From Pseudomonadota bacterium (GTDB taxonomy: Bacteria > Pseudomonadota > Gammaproteobacteria > Steroidobacterales > Woeseiaceae), in the NCBI GenBank assembly GCA_022567295.1, contig JADFHE010000008.1:8113-72112 (forward strand): a stretch of 64,000 nt of DNA, read 5' to 3'. Of this stretch, positions 1 through 8,862 are shown in pieces. Every line of letters starts with the position of its first letter. Position 1 is the first letter of the stretch. The notes under the pieces are model-generated. The model ran no database searches, was not told where the DNA came from, and was given only the letters and a program-made list of their open reading frames with translations. Both the position numbers and the translations under genes were made by a program.

Positions 1-178
1 ATTTAGGATATTTTGCTTGCCTGATAGCACCGCATTCTTAGGTATGTCATTTGGAATGCCATGTTGCGTGCCATCGATTTTGCTGTCAAGTTGCGCTGCA
101 TCGGCAACACTCACAGCCAATTGCAAACAATGAAGTGCTATTTGTCGAAGTCTCATCAGTTCCACATCAGGGGTCGAA

Positions 179-3100
179 ATGAAGCTTAGAGTTGCCATGC
201 TTGCCGTTTTACTTGCTACGAATACCGCCGTTGCAATGGAGGGCTATTACCGCTCGCCGAGCCTGCACGGTGACATTGTCGTGTTTACTGCCGAAGGCGA
301 TCTTTGGCTGTATCGCATTGGCAGCGATCAAGCTGAACGCCTGACCACGCACCCATCGCTTGAGACAAACGCTTCGCTGTCGGGCGACGGAGATCAGATC
401 GCATTTGTTTCCGACTACGAGGGCGTCGCCGAAGCATACGTCATGCCGACATCCGGCGGTGTGCCAAAGCGGCTGACTTATGAGAACGAGCGCGTTTTCA
501 TCCAGGGATGGACACCCGATGGTCTGGTGCTCTACAGCACAGGCAGTCGCGTTGGTGCTCCCTATAACATGACGCTCAAGACCGTCAATCCTGCCACCCT
601 GGAAGTTGCATTTATTCCGCTTGCAGATGCTTTCGACGGTGCGATCGATCCTGATACAGGAGATGTTTTTTTCACGCAGTTCGGTCTGCAGTGGAGTGGC
701 GATAATGCGATCACCTATCGTGGCGGAATGCGTGGCAAGTTGTGGAAATACGCGTCGGCCCCGAACAGCGAAGCGTCGAGATTGATGCCAGACCATTTGG
801 GTTCGGCAAGACGGCCAATGACACAGGGAGACAAACTGTATTTCTTGTCTGACGCCAGTGGGCGCGACAATCTATGGTCAGTCGATTCTGACGGTGCAAA
901 CGCCACTCAAATAACACATCACGAAGACTTCTCCATTCGCGGCGCGAGCCTCGACAGCGGCAGGTTGGTCTACCAACTCGGTGCTGATCTCCATCTGCTT
1001 GATTTATCGAGCCTTGACTCTCGCAAGCTGGAAATTCAGCTGACCTCGGATCATCCAGGCATGCGCGAATCATGGGTTAATGAGCCACTGAAGTTCCTGA
1101 CCGCCGCCAGGCTCGCGGGTAATCAGGAGAAGGTCGCGGTGACGGCGCGCGGCAGAATTGCGATCGCTGGAATCGATCAGGAGAGACTTGTCAGCATTGG
1201 ATCACCACCTCGCTCTCGAATGCGGAATGCCGTATTGAGTCGAGACGGAAAGTGGGTATATGCGATCAGCGACGCAAAAGGTGAACTGGAGCTATGGCGT
1301 TACGATGCAAGCGGCGCGACGACAGGTGAGCAAATGACAAAAGGTGGCAGCACATTGCGCGGCAACTTCTTCGAGTCACCCGATGGAAAGTGGATCGTCC
1401 ATGACGACGGAGATGGCGGGCTATGGCTGCTGAATACGAAGACTAAGGACGATACGAAGATCGTAAGCGACAGCAACATCGGACAGCAATTTGGTAACGT
1501 TGCCTGGTCGCTCGACAGTAAAGCGTTTGCAGTCTCTCATCGGGGCAAAGACGATGCTCGCCCACGCATTTTACTTCACGCTATTGACGGTGGCACACAA
1601 GCATTTATAACGTCCGACAAGTACGAATCATGGGCGCCGACGTTCGGCCGGGATGGTGAATGGCTGTATTACCTGTCGAACCGACATTTCGAATCGAAAA
1701 ACAGCTCAGTGTGGGCTGACCGGGATTTCGGTCCGTCGTTTGACAGTCGAACTGAAGTTTATGCACAGGCATTAACCGAAGATGCCGAATTCCCGTTCCT
1801 GGTTGCGAATGAATTAACGGTGAAGCAGACAGAAGACGAAGACAGCGACGGCAACGGAAGCAATGATTCCAAAGACGTCAGTACCAAAATTGAATGGCAA
1901 GGCCTAGCGGGCCGCGTATGGCAAGTTCCAGTTGCAGCAGGAGATTTTCGTGATATCGCGGTTAATGACGAATTTATGTACTTATTGTCGACAACCGGCG
2001 ATGGCTCGGAAATCAAGCTCCTGAAACTCGAGCCACAATCGGAGCTGACGACGTTTACGGACAGCGCCATCGACATTGCGCTATCCGATGATGGTAAGAA
2101 ACTCCTGGTCGTGAAAGAGTCGAACGATGAAATTTCGATGTTCATCGTTCCAGCCGAAGAAGAATATCCAGAAGACGTCAGCAAGAATACGGTACAGACT
2201 GAAGGATGGCAGTTCAGCATCAACCCCCAGGCGGAGTGGCAACAGATGTTCCATGACGCCTGGCTCATGCACCGTGAGCAATTTTTCGACCCGGCCATGA
2301 GAGGTCTGGATTGGAACGCTGTCAAAGACAAGTACACACCAATGTTAATGCGCGTTACCGATCGACGTGAGTTGAATGATGTGTTGGCGCAGATGATGGG
2401 TGAGCTTAATGCACTGCATTCGGGAGTTCGTGGCGGAGATGTCGCCTCGGATCCCGATGCTCCGAGTCCGTCAATTCTTGGCGCGGAGCTCAAGCAAACT
2501 CCACGTGGTGTTGAGATCAGGCACATCTATCGTCACGACACCGAGGTGCCGGCAGAAGCACCGCCGCTGGCCAAACCCGGAGTTGATGCCGCCGATGGTG
2601 ACATCATTGTGGCTATCAATGGTATAGAGGCGAAATCGCTTGATGTGGTCCACCGTTCCTTACGAAATCAAGCGGGCAAACAGGTTCTCCTGAAACTCAA
2701 AAGAGGGCGTGCGGAGATAAAGACGGTTATTGTTCCCGGCGATATGGGTCAGGACAGGCAATTCCGCTACAACGACTGGGTTCATAACAATCGACTCAAA
2801 GTCGAAGCTGCAGGCTCCGAACTCGGGTATCTGCATATTCAAGCAATGGGCGCGGCGGACGTCGCGACGTTTGCAAGAGACTTTTACGCTGGCGGCAGGA
2901 AGAATGGATTTATCATTGATGTCCGCCGCAACGACGGTGGTAATGTTGATAGCTGGATAATCGATCGACTATTGCGCAAGGCCTGGATGTTTTGGTCATT
3001 TCGATCCGATGACGTTTACGCGAATATGCAAAATGCATTTCGAGGTCACTTGGTGGTCATTGCTGACGAAGGAACCTATTCCGATGGCGAAACATTTACC

Positions 3101-3442
3101 GCCGCAATAAAGTCACTGGGCATCGCACCGGTAATTGGCAAGCGGACCGCCGGTGCTGGCGTCTGGTTGAGTGGGAGAAACTCCTTATCCGATTTCGGCA
3201 TTGCAAGAGTCGCAGAATTTCCGGTCTATGCCATGGATGGACGATGGATTGTCGAGGGCCACGGTGTCTCACCCGACATCGAGGTCGACAATCCGCCGCA
3301 TGCGACTTACGAGGGAAATGACGCACAGCTGGAAGCGGCAATTAAATACTTGCAGCAAAAAATTGACGATGAGCCGATTCCAGAACTGCGAGCACGACCC
3401 TTTCCTGAATACGGTCAGCCTGCTGACGACGTATCGAATTGA
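179..3442 (+). CDS. Tricorn-type protease homologue (beta-propeller/PDZ/S41-like core), exported
   Basis: 1087-aa ORF. Signal peptide MKLRVAMLAVLLATNTAVA. Opening YYRSPSLHGDIVVFTAEGDLWLY and the size and architecture are typical of bacterial tricorn protease homologues. Confidence 0.8.
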   Translation: MKLRVAMLAVLLATNTAVAMEGYYRSPSLHGDIVVFTAEGDLWLYRIGSDQAERLTTHPSLETNASLSGDGDQIAFVSDYEGVAEAYVMPTSGGVPKRLTYENERVFIQGWTPDGLVLYSTGSRVGAPYNMTLKTVNPATLEVAFIPLADAFDGAIDPDTGDVFFTQFGLQWSGDNAITYRGGMRGKLWKYASAPNSEASRLMPDHLGSARRPMTQGDKLYFLSDASGRDNLWSVDSDGANATQITHHEDFSIRGASLDSGRLVYQLGADLHLLDLSSLDSRKLEIQLTSDHPGMRESWVNEPLKFLTAARLAGNQEKVAVTARGRIAIAGIDQERLVSIGSPPRSRMRNAVLSRDGKWVYAISDAKGELELWRYDASGATTGEQMTKGGSTLRGNFFESPDGKWIVHDDGDGGLWLLNTKTKDDTKIVSDSNIGQQFGNVAWSLDSKAFAVSHRGKDDARPRILLHAIDGGTQAFITSDKYESWAPTFGRDGEWLYYLSNRHFESKNSSVWADRDFGPSFDSRTEVYAQALTEDAEFPFLVANELTVKQTEDEDSDGNGSNDSKDVSTKIEWQGLAGRVWQVPVAAGDFRDIAVNDEFMYLLSTTGDGSEIKLLKLEPQSELTTFTDSAIDIALSDDGKKLLVVKESNDEISMFIVPAEEEYPEDVSKNTVQTEGWQFSINPQAEWQQMFHDAWLMHREQFFDPAMRGLDWNAVKDKYTPMLMRVTDRRELNDVLAQMMGELNALHSGVRGGDVASDPDAPSPSILGAELKQTPRGVEIRHIYRHDTEVPAEAPPLAKPGVDAADGDIIVAINGIEAKSLDVVHRSLRNQAGKQVLLKLKRGRAEIKTVIVPGDMGQDRQFRYNDWVHNNRLKVEAAGSELGYLHIQAMGAADVATFARDFYAGGRKNGFIIDVRRNDGGNVDSWIIDRLLRKAWMFWSFRSDDVYANMQNAFRGHLVVIADEGTYSDGETFTAAIKSLGIAPVIGKRTAGAGVWLSGRNSLSDFGIARVAEFPVYAMDGRWIVEGHGVSPDIEVDNPPHATYEGNDAQLEAAIKYLQQKIDDEPIPELRARPFPEYGQPADDVSN

Positions 3443-4413
3443 GCGTTTGCCGCGAATCGATCCGTGGCACAAACCAATTCATGCACGATGCCCGGTTCGC
3501 TGCCAGCGTGGCCGGCATCGCCGACCAGCCGGAAGTCGGCCTCGGGCCAGGCCTTGTGAATATCCCAGGCGGTGCGCATCGGGGTGCACATGTCGTAGCG
3601 ACCCTGAATTAACACCGCGGGAATATGTTTGATCTTGTGCAGGTTCTGAATGATCTGGTCGTCGGCATCAAAGAACCCGCCATTGACGAAGTAGTGGCAT
3701 TCGATTCGTGCGAAGGCCAGGGCGAACTCATCGGAATCGACGTCGCCGTGCCGCCTTGGATCGGGCCACAATGAGATCGCTGAGAATTCCCAAAGCGCCC
3801 ACGCCCGGGCACATTCGACCTGTGCGATTTTGTCGTCACCGGTTAAACGCTTGTAATAGGCTGCCATCATGTCGCTGCGTTCATCCGCAGGAATGGGAGC
3901 GACATAGCCCTCCCAGAAATCGGGATACACATGGTTGGCACCCTCTTGATAAAACCACTCCAGCTCAGACCGGCGTAGCGTAAACAGCCCGCGCATGACC
4001 AGTTCCGTCACCCGGTCCGGATGGTTTTGCGCGTAGGCCAAACCCAGCGTACTGCCCCAGGAACCACCAAAGACTTGCCATTTATCGATACTGCAATGCT
4101 CGCGCAGCGCCTCGATATCAGAGACCGAATGCCAGGTGGTGTTGTCGACCAGCGAGCCACCGGGTTTGGACCGACCGCAACCGCGTTGGTCGAATAAGAC
4201 GATGCGGTATGCATCCGGATCAAAATAACGTCTGAAATTGGCACTGCATCCAGCCCCCGGACCGCCGTGCAGATAAACGACCGGTTTGCCGTCCGGAATG
4301 CCGCACTCCTCAAAGTAAATTTCGTGGCTTTCCGATACTCGCAACATCCCGGAGTTATAGGGTTCGATTTCAGGATACAGCGTGCGCTCGTAAGGTGGTT
4401 TGGACAGGATCAT
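3415..4413 (-). CDS. pip: Proline iminopeptidase (prolyl aminopeptidase, alpha/beta hydrolase)
   Basis: Motifs PYNSGMLRVSESHEIYFEECG, VYLHGGPGAG and GGSWGSTLGLAY (GxSxG) are characteristic of Pip. I chose the start at the internal Met (MILSKPP); the ORF track extends to 4461. No signal peptide. Confidence 0.85.
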   Translation of the reverse strand: MILSKPPYERTLYPEIEPYNSGMLRVSESHEIYFEECGIPDGKPVVYLHGGPGAGCSANFRRYFDPDAYRIVLFDQRGCGRSKPGGSLVDNTTWHSVSDIEALREHCSIDKWQVFGGSWGSTLGLAYAQNHPDRVTELVMRGLFTLRRSELEWFYQEGANHVYPDFWEGYVAPIPADERSDMMAAYYKRLTGDDKIAQVECARAWALWEFSAISLWPDPRRHGDVDSDEFALAFARIECHYFVNGGFFDADDQIIQNLHKIKHIPAVLIQGRYDMCTPMRTAWDIHKAWPEADFRLVGDAGHAGSEPGIVHELVCATDRFAANAQFDTSSAG

Positions 4414-4620
4414 TAATTCAATCAAGCCTTGGTATTCAAAGAGTGGGAAATGACATTGCACGGAACGACCGTCGGATAGTGTCTGCGGTAATGGCCGTTC
4501 AGACCTGCATTATGATTTTGCCGATTACTGCACGCTACCTTTCCCGGTGTCAATTTGCTACGGAATTCAACTGATAGACTAGGCTCGCAATGGAAATCAG
4601 TGTGAGGGCGGTGCTGATAG

Positions 4621-5523
4621 TCATGGTTTCTCACTTTCTATCGTCTCAAGTAGCCAGTCCCGAAGTGCAACCACGGGCGCGTAGTCACGTTTGGCGTCCG
4701 GTGTAACCAGGTAGTACGCCATCTCAGATGTCATTGCCTGACCAGACAGGATTACGAGTTCGCCCCTGTCGAGCTCGCCGCGTATCAGGAAGCGCGGTAG
4801 CAACGCCACACCCAGGCCCGCCACGGCCGCATGAGCCGCGATGGAAAACTGTTCGAATACCATGGTGCCGATGTTTCCCGGTACATCGAATCCCTGCTTA
4901 CCGAACCAGTCTTTCCATGCGTCCGGGCGTGACTCGAGATGCAAGAGCGGCAAATCACGTGGGTCGTTATTGAGCATGTTTTTCGCTCGCGGCAAAAGCT
5001 CGGGTGAACAGACCGGAATCGCCTTCTCTCCCATCAGGAACGTGCACTCGGCGCCCGGCCAGTTCGGGAGGCCATAGTGGATGGCCGTATCAATCCCTTC
5101 CGGGCCAAATTCGAATCGCGACAATCGCGTGACAAAATTCACGGTTATATCGGGATGCTGCTGCAAGAAGCCCGGAAATCTCGGCATTAGCCAACGCGTG
5201 CCAAAAGTTGGCAGGATGGCGAAATTCATTGTGCAGCTCAGCGGGCTGGTGATGACCCTGAGCGATGCCCTGCGCAAGGCCGACAGCGTGGCCTGAATAT
5301 CCACGGCGTAGGCCGCGCCGACCTCGGTCAGACTGACGCCGCGCGCTGAACGAACGAACAGAGAAGCGCCGAGCTGAAACTCGAGGGCTGCGACCTGCCG
5401 GCTGATGGCGCCATGCGTTAGATTCAGCTCGCGAGCCGCGGCCGATACGCTGCCTTTTCTCGCAGTCGCATCGAAGGCGGCCAGCATACTGATGCTGGGC
5501 AAGAGTCTTTTTTCGATTTGCAT
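4621..5523 (-). CDS. LysR-family transcriptional regulator (GcvA-like)
   Basis: N-terminal wHTH LPSISMLAAFDATARKGSVSAAARELNLTHGAISRQVAALE followed by a LysR substrate-binding domain. Transcribed divergently from the KamA-like operon. Start could instead be 5535. Confidence 0.85.
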   Translation of the reverse strand: MQIEKRLLPSISMLAAFDATARKGSVSAAARELNLTHGAISRQVAALEFQLGASLFVRSARGVSLTEVGAAYAVDIQATLSALRRASLRVITSPLSCTMNFAILPTFGTRWLMPRFPGFLQQHPDITVNFVTRLSRFEFGPEGIDTAIHYGLPNWPGAECTFLMGEKAIPVCSPELLPRAKNMLNNDPRDLPLLHLESRPDAWKDWFGKQGFDVPGNIGTMVFEQFSIAAHAAVAGLGVALLPRFLIRGELDRGELVILSGQAMTSEMAYYLVTPDAKRDYAPVVALRDWLLETIESEKP

Positions 5524-5575
5524 ATCCGTTACCAAACCTCACAGGTCCGTGACATATCGTCGATTGTGCCACACC

Positions 5576-5601
5576 TCAGCGCGCTGCAACATACGCGCTG
5601 A
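5576..5601. promoter_or_regulatory. Perfect 8-bp inverted repeat TCAGCGCG-N10-CGCGCTGA, candidate LysR operator
   Basis: Read directly in the 5524-5713 divergent intergenic region between the LysR gene and the radical-SAM gene. Dyad symmetry in this position is typical of LysR-type binding sites. Confidence 0.35.
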
Positions 5602-5680
5602 AATGAATGACTTTTCGAGACCTGCGAGCTATCCGCTCTGGTAGACGAATCGAAGTTCTTTTTTGACTTAATGTGATCTC

Positions 5681-7159
5681 TTGGCACGAAAAACCACATC
5701 ATCGGCGGCAGATATGACAACGAAAGAAAAGTATCAACCAACACCCAAGGCACAGGCATTCCTTGATTCGGTCGAAAACGGCAAATACAAACGTCAGATC
5801 ATTACCGGAATCAAGAAATTCCTCGACGGCAAGGTGGAAGGCGGCATCGAATCCCTGTACTCGGAGTCAGAATTACAGGCACTGAAGGCATTGAAGGGCA
5901 CGCCACAGGATGTCGAAGCCCGCATGCCGGTGAAAATCACGCGGCACTACTACGAGCTGGCAAAGAACAGCCTGCCTTTGCAGACCCTGGTCAAGGCCAG
6001 CCCAAAAGAGACCGGCAATCTTGAAGGATCTGCCGATCCTGGCAAGCAGATGGATTACAGCCCGGTAGAGGGCCTGATTCACAAGTATGAGCTTGGGCTG
6101 ATCTACGTCGCGCTGACCTGCTCCGCGCACTGCCGCTTTTGTTATCGCGAGGAGTTGATCGCGAAAAAGGACGTCGAGCGCCCAGATGGCACGATCGCAC
6201 CGAAAGGGCTGGCCCAGATCGGAGAACTTACCGACTATATCCGGCAGCACAACGAGCAGGTCGCACAGAACGGCGGGCGTCACCCCGATACCGGACGCGA
6301 GAAACTGCGTGAAATCCTGATGTCGGGCGGCGACCCGATGGTACTGGGCAACAAGAACATCGCAGCCTGGTGGTCGGCATTGGCCGATGCCGGCATCGAA
6401 TCAATACGCATCGGTACCAAGGAACTCGCGTTTTATCCTGATCGATTCGACGCAACCTTTTTCGACATGCTCGACAAGTTTCATGCCGCCTACCCCAAGA
6501 TCAGTATTCGGTTCATGGTGCACTTCAACCACCCGGATGAGTTTTTGAAAAGAGACGAAGAGGGTCGCTATATCGAAGATCCTCGCGGCGGCCTTGAATG
6601 GATAGAGTCCACAAGCAAGGCCATGCGCCAGCTTGGGAGCCGGGAATGGGTGACGATGGATAACCAGGCGCCAATTATCAAGGGCATCAATGACGATTCG
6701 GATGCGCTGCGTATCATGCAGCGGGAATTGCGCCGCAACCGCGTCGAGAATCATTATTTCTTCTGCGGCAGAGACATCATCGGCTACAAAGCATTCAACG
6801 TGCCCATCGAACGTGTCTGGCACATACTGAACGAATCGCAGAAAGGGCTTTCGGGAATTGAGGCGCACGCTCGCTTGTCGATTACGCATTACAAAGGCAA
6901 GACAGAAGTCGCGGCGGTCTCAAACCAGCCGCTTGCGGGCATACCGGGCACTGAGAACGGCTTCGTCGTATTGAAGCTGCTGCGCGGTGCCGAAGACGCA
7001 CCGGATCGCGGCAAGATAACGATCGTCGGACGAAACCCCGATGCGATTTGGTTCGACGGCTACAACGATCGAGTCATTTACGATGAGGCGGGACTATTTG
7101 CTGACGTCGGTGAGGAAGCCCCCGGCGCAGAGATTCAGACCGCAACCGGCGGCACCTGA
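5681..7159 (+). CDS. KamA-family radical SAM aminomutase-like protein (divergent from lysine 2,3-aminomutase)
   Basis: [10 protein letters not shown] (CxxxCxxC plus Arg), [18 protein letters not shown] and a YKGKTEV lysine motif all align with lysine 2,3-aminomutase landmarks. TTG at 5681 or ATG at 5714 (MTTKEKY) are possible starts. Confidence 0.8.
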   Translation: MARKTTSSAADMTTKEKYQPTPKAQAFLDSVENGKYKRQIITGIKKFLDGKVEGGIESLYSESELQALKALKGTPQDVEARMPVKITRHYYELAKNSLPLQTLVKASPKETGNLEGSADPGKQMDYSPVEGLIHKYELGLIYVALTCSAHCRFCYREELIAKKDVERPDGTIAPKGLAQIGELTDYIRQHNEQVAQNGGRHPDTGREKLREILMSGGDPMVLGNKNIAAWWSALADAGIESIRIGTKELAFYPDRFDATFFDMLDKFHAAYPKISIRFMVHFNHPDEFLKRDEEGRYIEDPRGGLEWIESTSKAMRQLGSREWVTMDNQAPIIKGINDDSDALRIMQRELRRNRVENHYFFCGRDIIGYKAFNVPIERVWHILNESQKGLSGIEAHARLSITHYKGKTEVAAVSNQPLAGIPGTENGFVVLKLLRGAEDAPDRGKITIVGRNPDAIWFDGYNDRVIYDEAGLFADVGEEAPGAEIQTATGGT

Positions 7160-7160
7160 A

Positions 7161-7484
7161 ATGACGTACGTCGTCGGTGAAAATTGCATTCGCTGCAAGC
7201 TCACGGACTGCGTTGAGGTGTGCCCGGTAGACTGCTTTTACGAAGGCCCGAATTTTCTGGTTATCGATCCCGACGAGTGCATCGATTGCGATTTGTGCGT
7301 GCCGGAGTGCCCTGTCGACGCAATCTACGCCGAGGATGACCTTCCCACTGATCAGGCGGAATTTCTCGAACTCAATGCGGAACTCGCAGAAATCTGGCCA
7401 AACATCAGCGAGCAGAAGGATCCGTTGCCGGACTTTGAAAAATGGGACGGCGTTGCGGGCAAACGCGAATTCCTGGAGCGCTAG
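7161..7484 (+). CDS. fdxA: 7Fe (3Fe-4S + 4Fe-4S) ferredoxin, FdxA type
   Basis: [55 protein letters not shown] matches the Azotobacter-type ferredoxin I pattern. The ATG lies 1 nt after the radical-SAM gene stop. The ORF track's longer N-terminus overlaps the preceding gene. Confidence 0.85.
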   Translation: MTYVVGENCIRCKLTDCVEVCPVDCFYEGPNFLVIDPDECIDCDLCVPECPVDAIYAEDDLPTDQAEFLELNAELAEIWPNISEQKDPLPDFEKWDGVAGKREFLER

Positions 7485-7487
7485 GGT

Positions 7488-8198
7488 GTGATTAACAAGC
7501 AACACGATACTCCGGCCGATGCGGTCGCCGACATTTTCGACGGCGCGACGGTGCTGATCGGCGGGTTCGGCGCGGCGGGCAGTCCGATTGAATTGATCCA
7601 CGCGCTCATCGACCAGGGAGCGTCGGATCTCATCGTTGTTAACAACAATACGGGCAGCGGTCATGTTGGACTCGCGGCGCTGATCGAACAGGGCCGCGTC
7701 GCGAAGATGATCTGTTCTTTTCCGCGGACCGCCGGGTCAACGGTATTTCCGGACAAATACCAGGCAGGCGAGATCGAACTGGAGCTCGTGCCGCAAGGCA
7801 CATTGGCGGAACGCATCCGCGCCGGTGGTGCTGGAATCCCTGCGTTCTATACGCCGACGTCTGTCGGTACCGAGCTTGCCCAAGGTAAGGAAACCCGGAC
7901 TTTCGACGGCCGAGAATACGTGATGGAGTATGGTCTTACGGCGGACTTTGCTCTGATCAAGTGTTTACGAGCAGATCGACTGGGAAATCTTATCTACAAT
8001 AAAACGGCCCGCAATTTTTCACCCGTGATGGCGATGGCAGCAAAAACAACGATTGTTCAGGCCGATTCAATTGTTGCGGCCGGCGACATTGACCCGGAGG
8101 TTGTTGTCACGCCGGCCGTCTTTGTGAATCGGATGGTAGAAGTCGGCGAGCCATTGCAGGAGTCTGCGATGGTCGCGTCCAGCGTGAGCTACCCGTGA
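7488..8198 (+). CDS. CoA-transferase subunit A (3-oxoacid/acetoacetate CoA-transferase family I)
   Basis: 236 aa; IGGFGAAGSPIELIHAL, ELVPQGTLAERIRAGGAGIPAFYTPT and IKCLRADRLGNL are typical of ScoA/AtoD. GTG start 3 nt after the fdxA stop. Confidence 0.85.
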   Translation: MINKQHDTPADAVADIFDGATVLIGGFGAAGSPIELIHALIDQGASDLIVVNNNTGSGHVGLAALIEQGRVAKMICSFPRTAGSTVFPDKYQAGEIELELVPQGTLAERIRAGGAGIPAFYTPTSVGTELAQGKETRTFDGREYVMEYGLTADFALIKCLRADRLGNLIYNKTARNFSPVMAMAAKTTIVQADSIVAAGDIDPEVVVTPAVFVNRMVEVGEPLQESAMVASSVSYP

Positions 8199-8860
8199 GC
8201 AATACCAGCCAGGAGGTCCTCGGTTGGGAGCGTGCAGACATTGCACTCAATATCGCTCTCGACATACCGGACGGTTCGATCGTCAATCTGGGCATCGGGA
8301 TTCCGGAGATGGTGGCGGCGTGCATTCCGGCCGATCGCGAGGTGATTTTCCATACTGAAAATGGCCTGTTGGGCATGGGACCACCGCCCGATCCCGATAG
8401 CGAAGACCCGGAGTTAATCAATGCCGGCAAGCGTCACATAACGGCAATTCAAGGAGCGGCCTACTTCCACCATGCCGACAGCTTCGTAATGATCCGCGGC
8501 GGCCACATCGATCTCTGTGTCCTGGGTGCGATGGAGGTATCGGAGAACGGGGACCTCGCAAATTGGTCGATGGGCAGCGATGACGCAGCACCCGCTGTTG
8601 GTGGCGCGATGGACCTGGTCGCGGGCGTCGAAAATATCGTCGTCGCAACAATGCACTGCACAAGAAAGGGACGTCCCAAATTGGTCCGCTCCTGTTCGTA
8701 CCCGCTTACAGGCATCGGAGTCGTGCGCCGCATTTACACAGACCTGGCGATCATGGACGTATCGGCGCAATCACTCGAAGTCATACGCCTTGCACCGGGC
8801 ATTGACTTCGACTACGTGCAACAACGAACCGAAGCTGAGCTGACAATAAAGACCGCATAA
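8195..8860 (+). CDS. CoA-transferase subunit B
   Basis: 221 aa; LGIGIP, ENGLLGMGP and GAMEVSENGDLANW (catalytic Glu motif SENG) are typical of ScoB/AtoA. GTGA overlap with subunit A. Confidence 0.85.
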   Translation: MSNTSQEVLGWERADIALNIALDIPDGSIVNLGIGIPEMVAACIPADREVIFHTENGLLGMGPPPDPDSEDPELINAGKRHITAIQGAAYFHHADSFVMIRGGHIDLCVLGAMEVSENGDLANWSMGSDDAAPAVGGAMDLVAGVENIVVATMHCTRKGRPKLVRSCSYPLTGIGVVRRIYTDLAIMDVSAQSLEVIRLAPGIDFDYVQQRTEAELTIKTA

Positions 8861-8862
8861 CG

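Noticed and set aside
1-156. Minus-strand ORF opening at an ATG (154-156) and running off the left edge: MRLRQIALHCLQLAVSVADAAQLDSKIDGTQHGIPNDIPKNAVLSGKQNILN.
   Set aside because: Only 52 codons are visible, with no recognisable motif or RBS. It may be a real partial gene, but the window does not support it.
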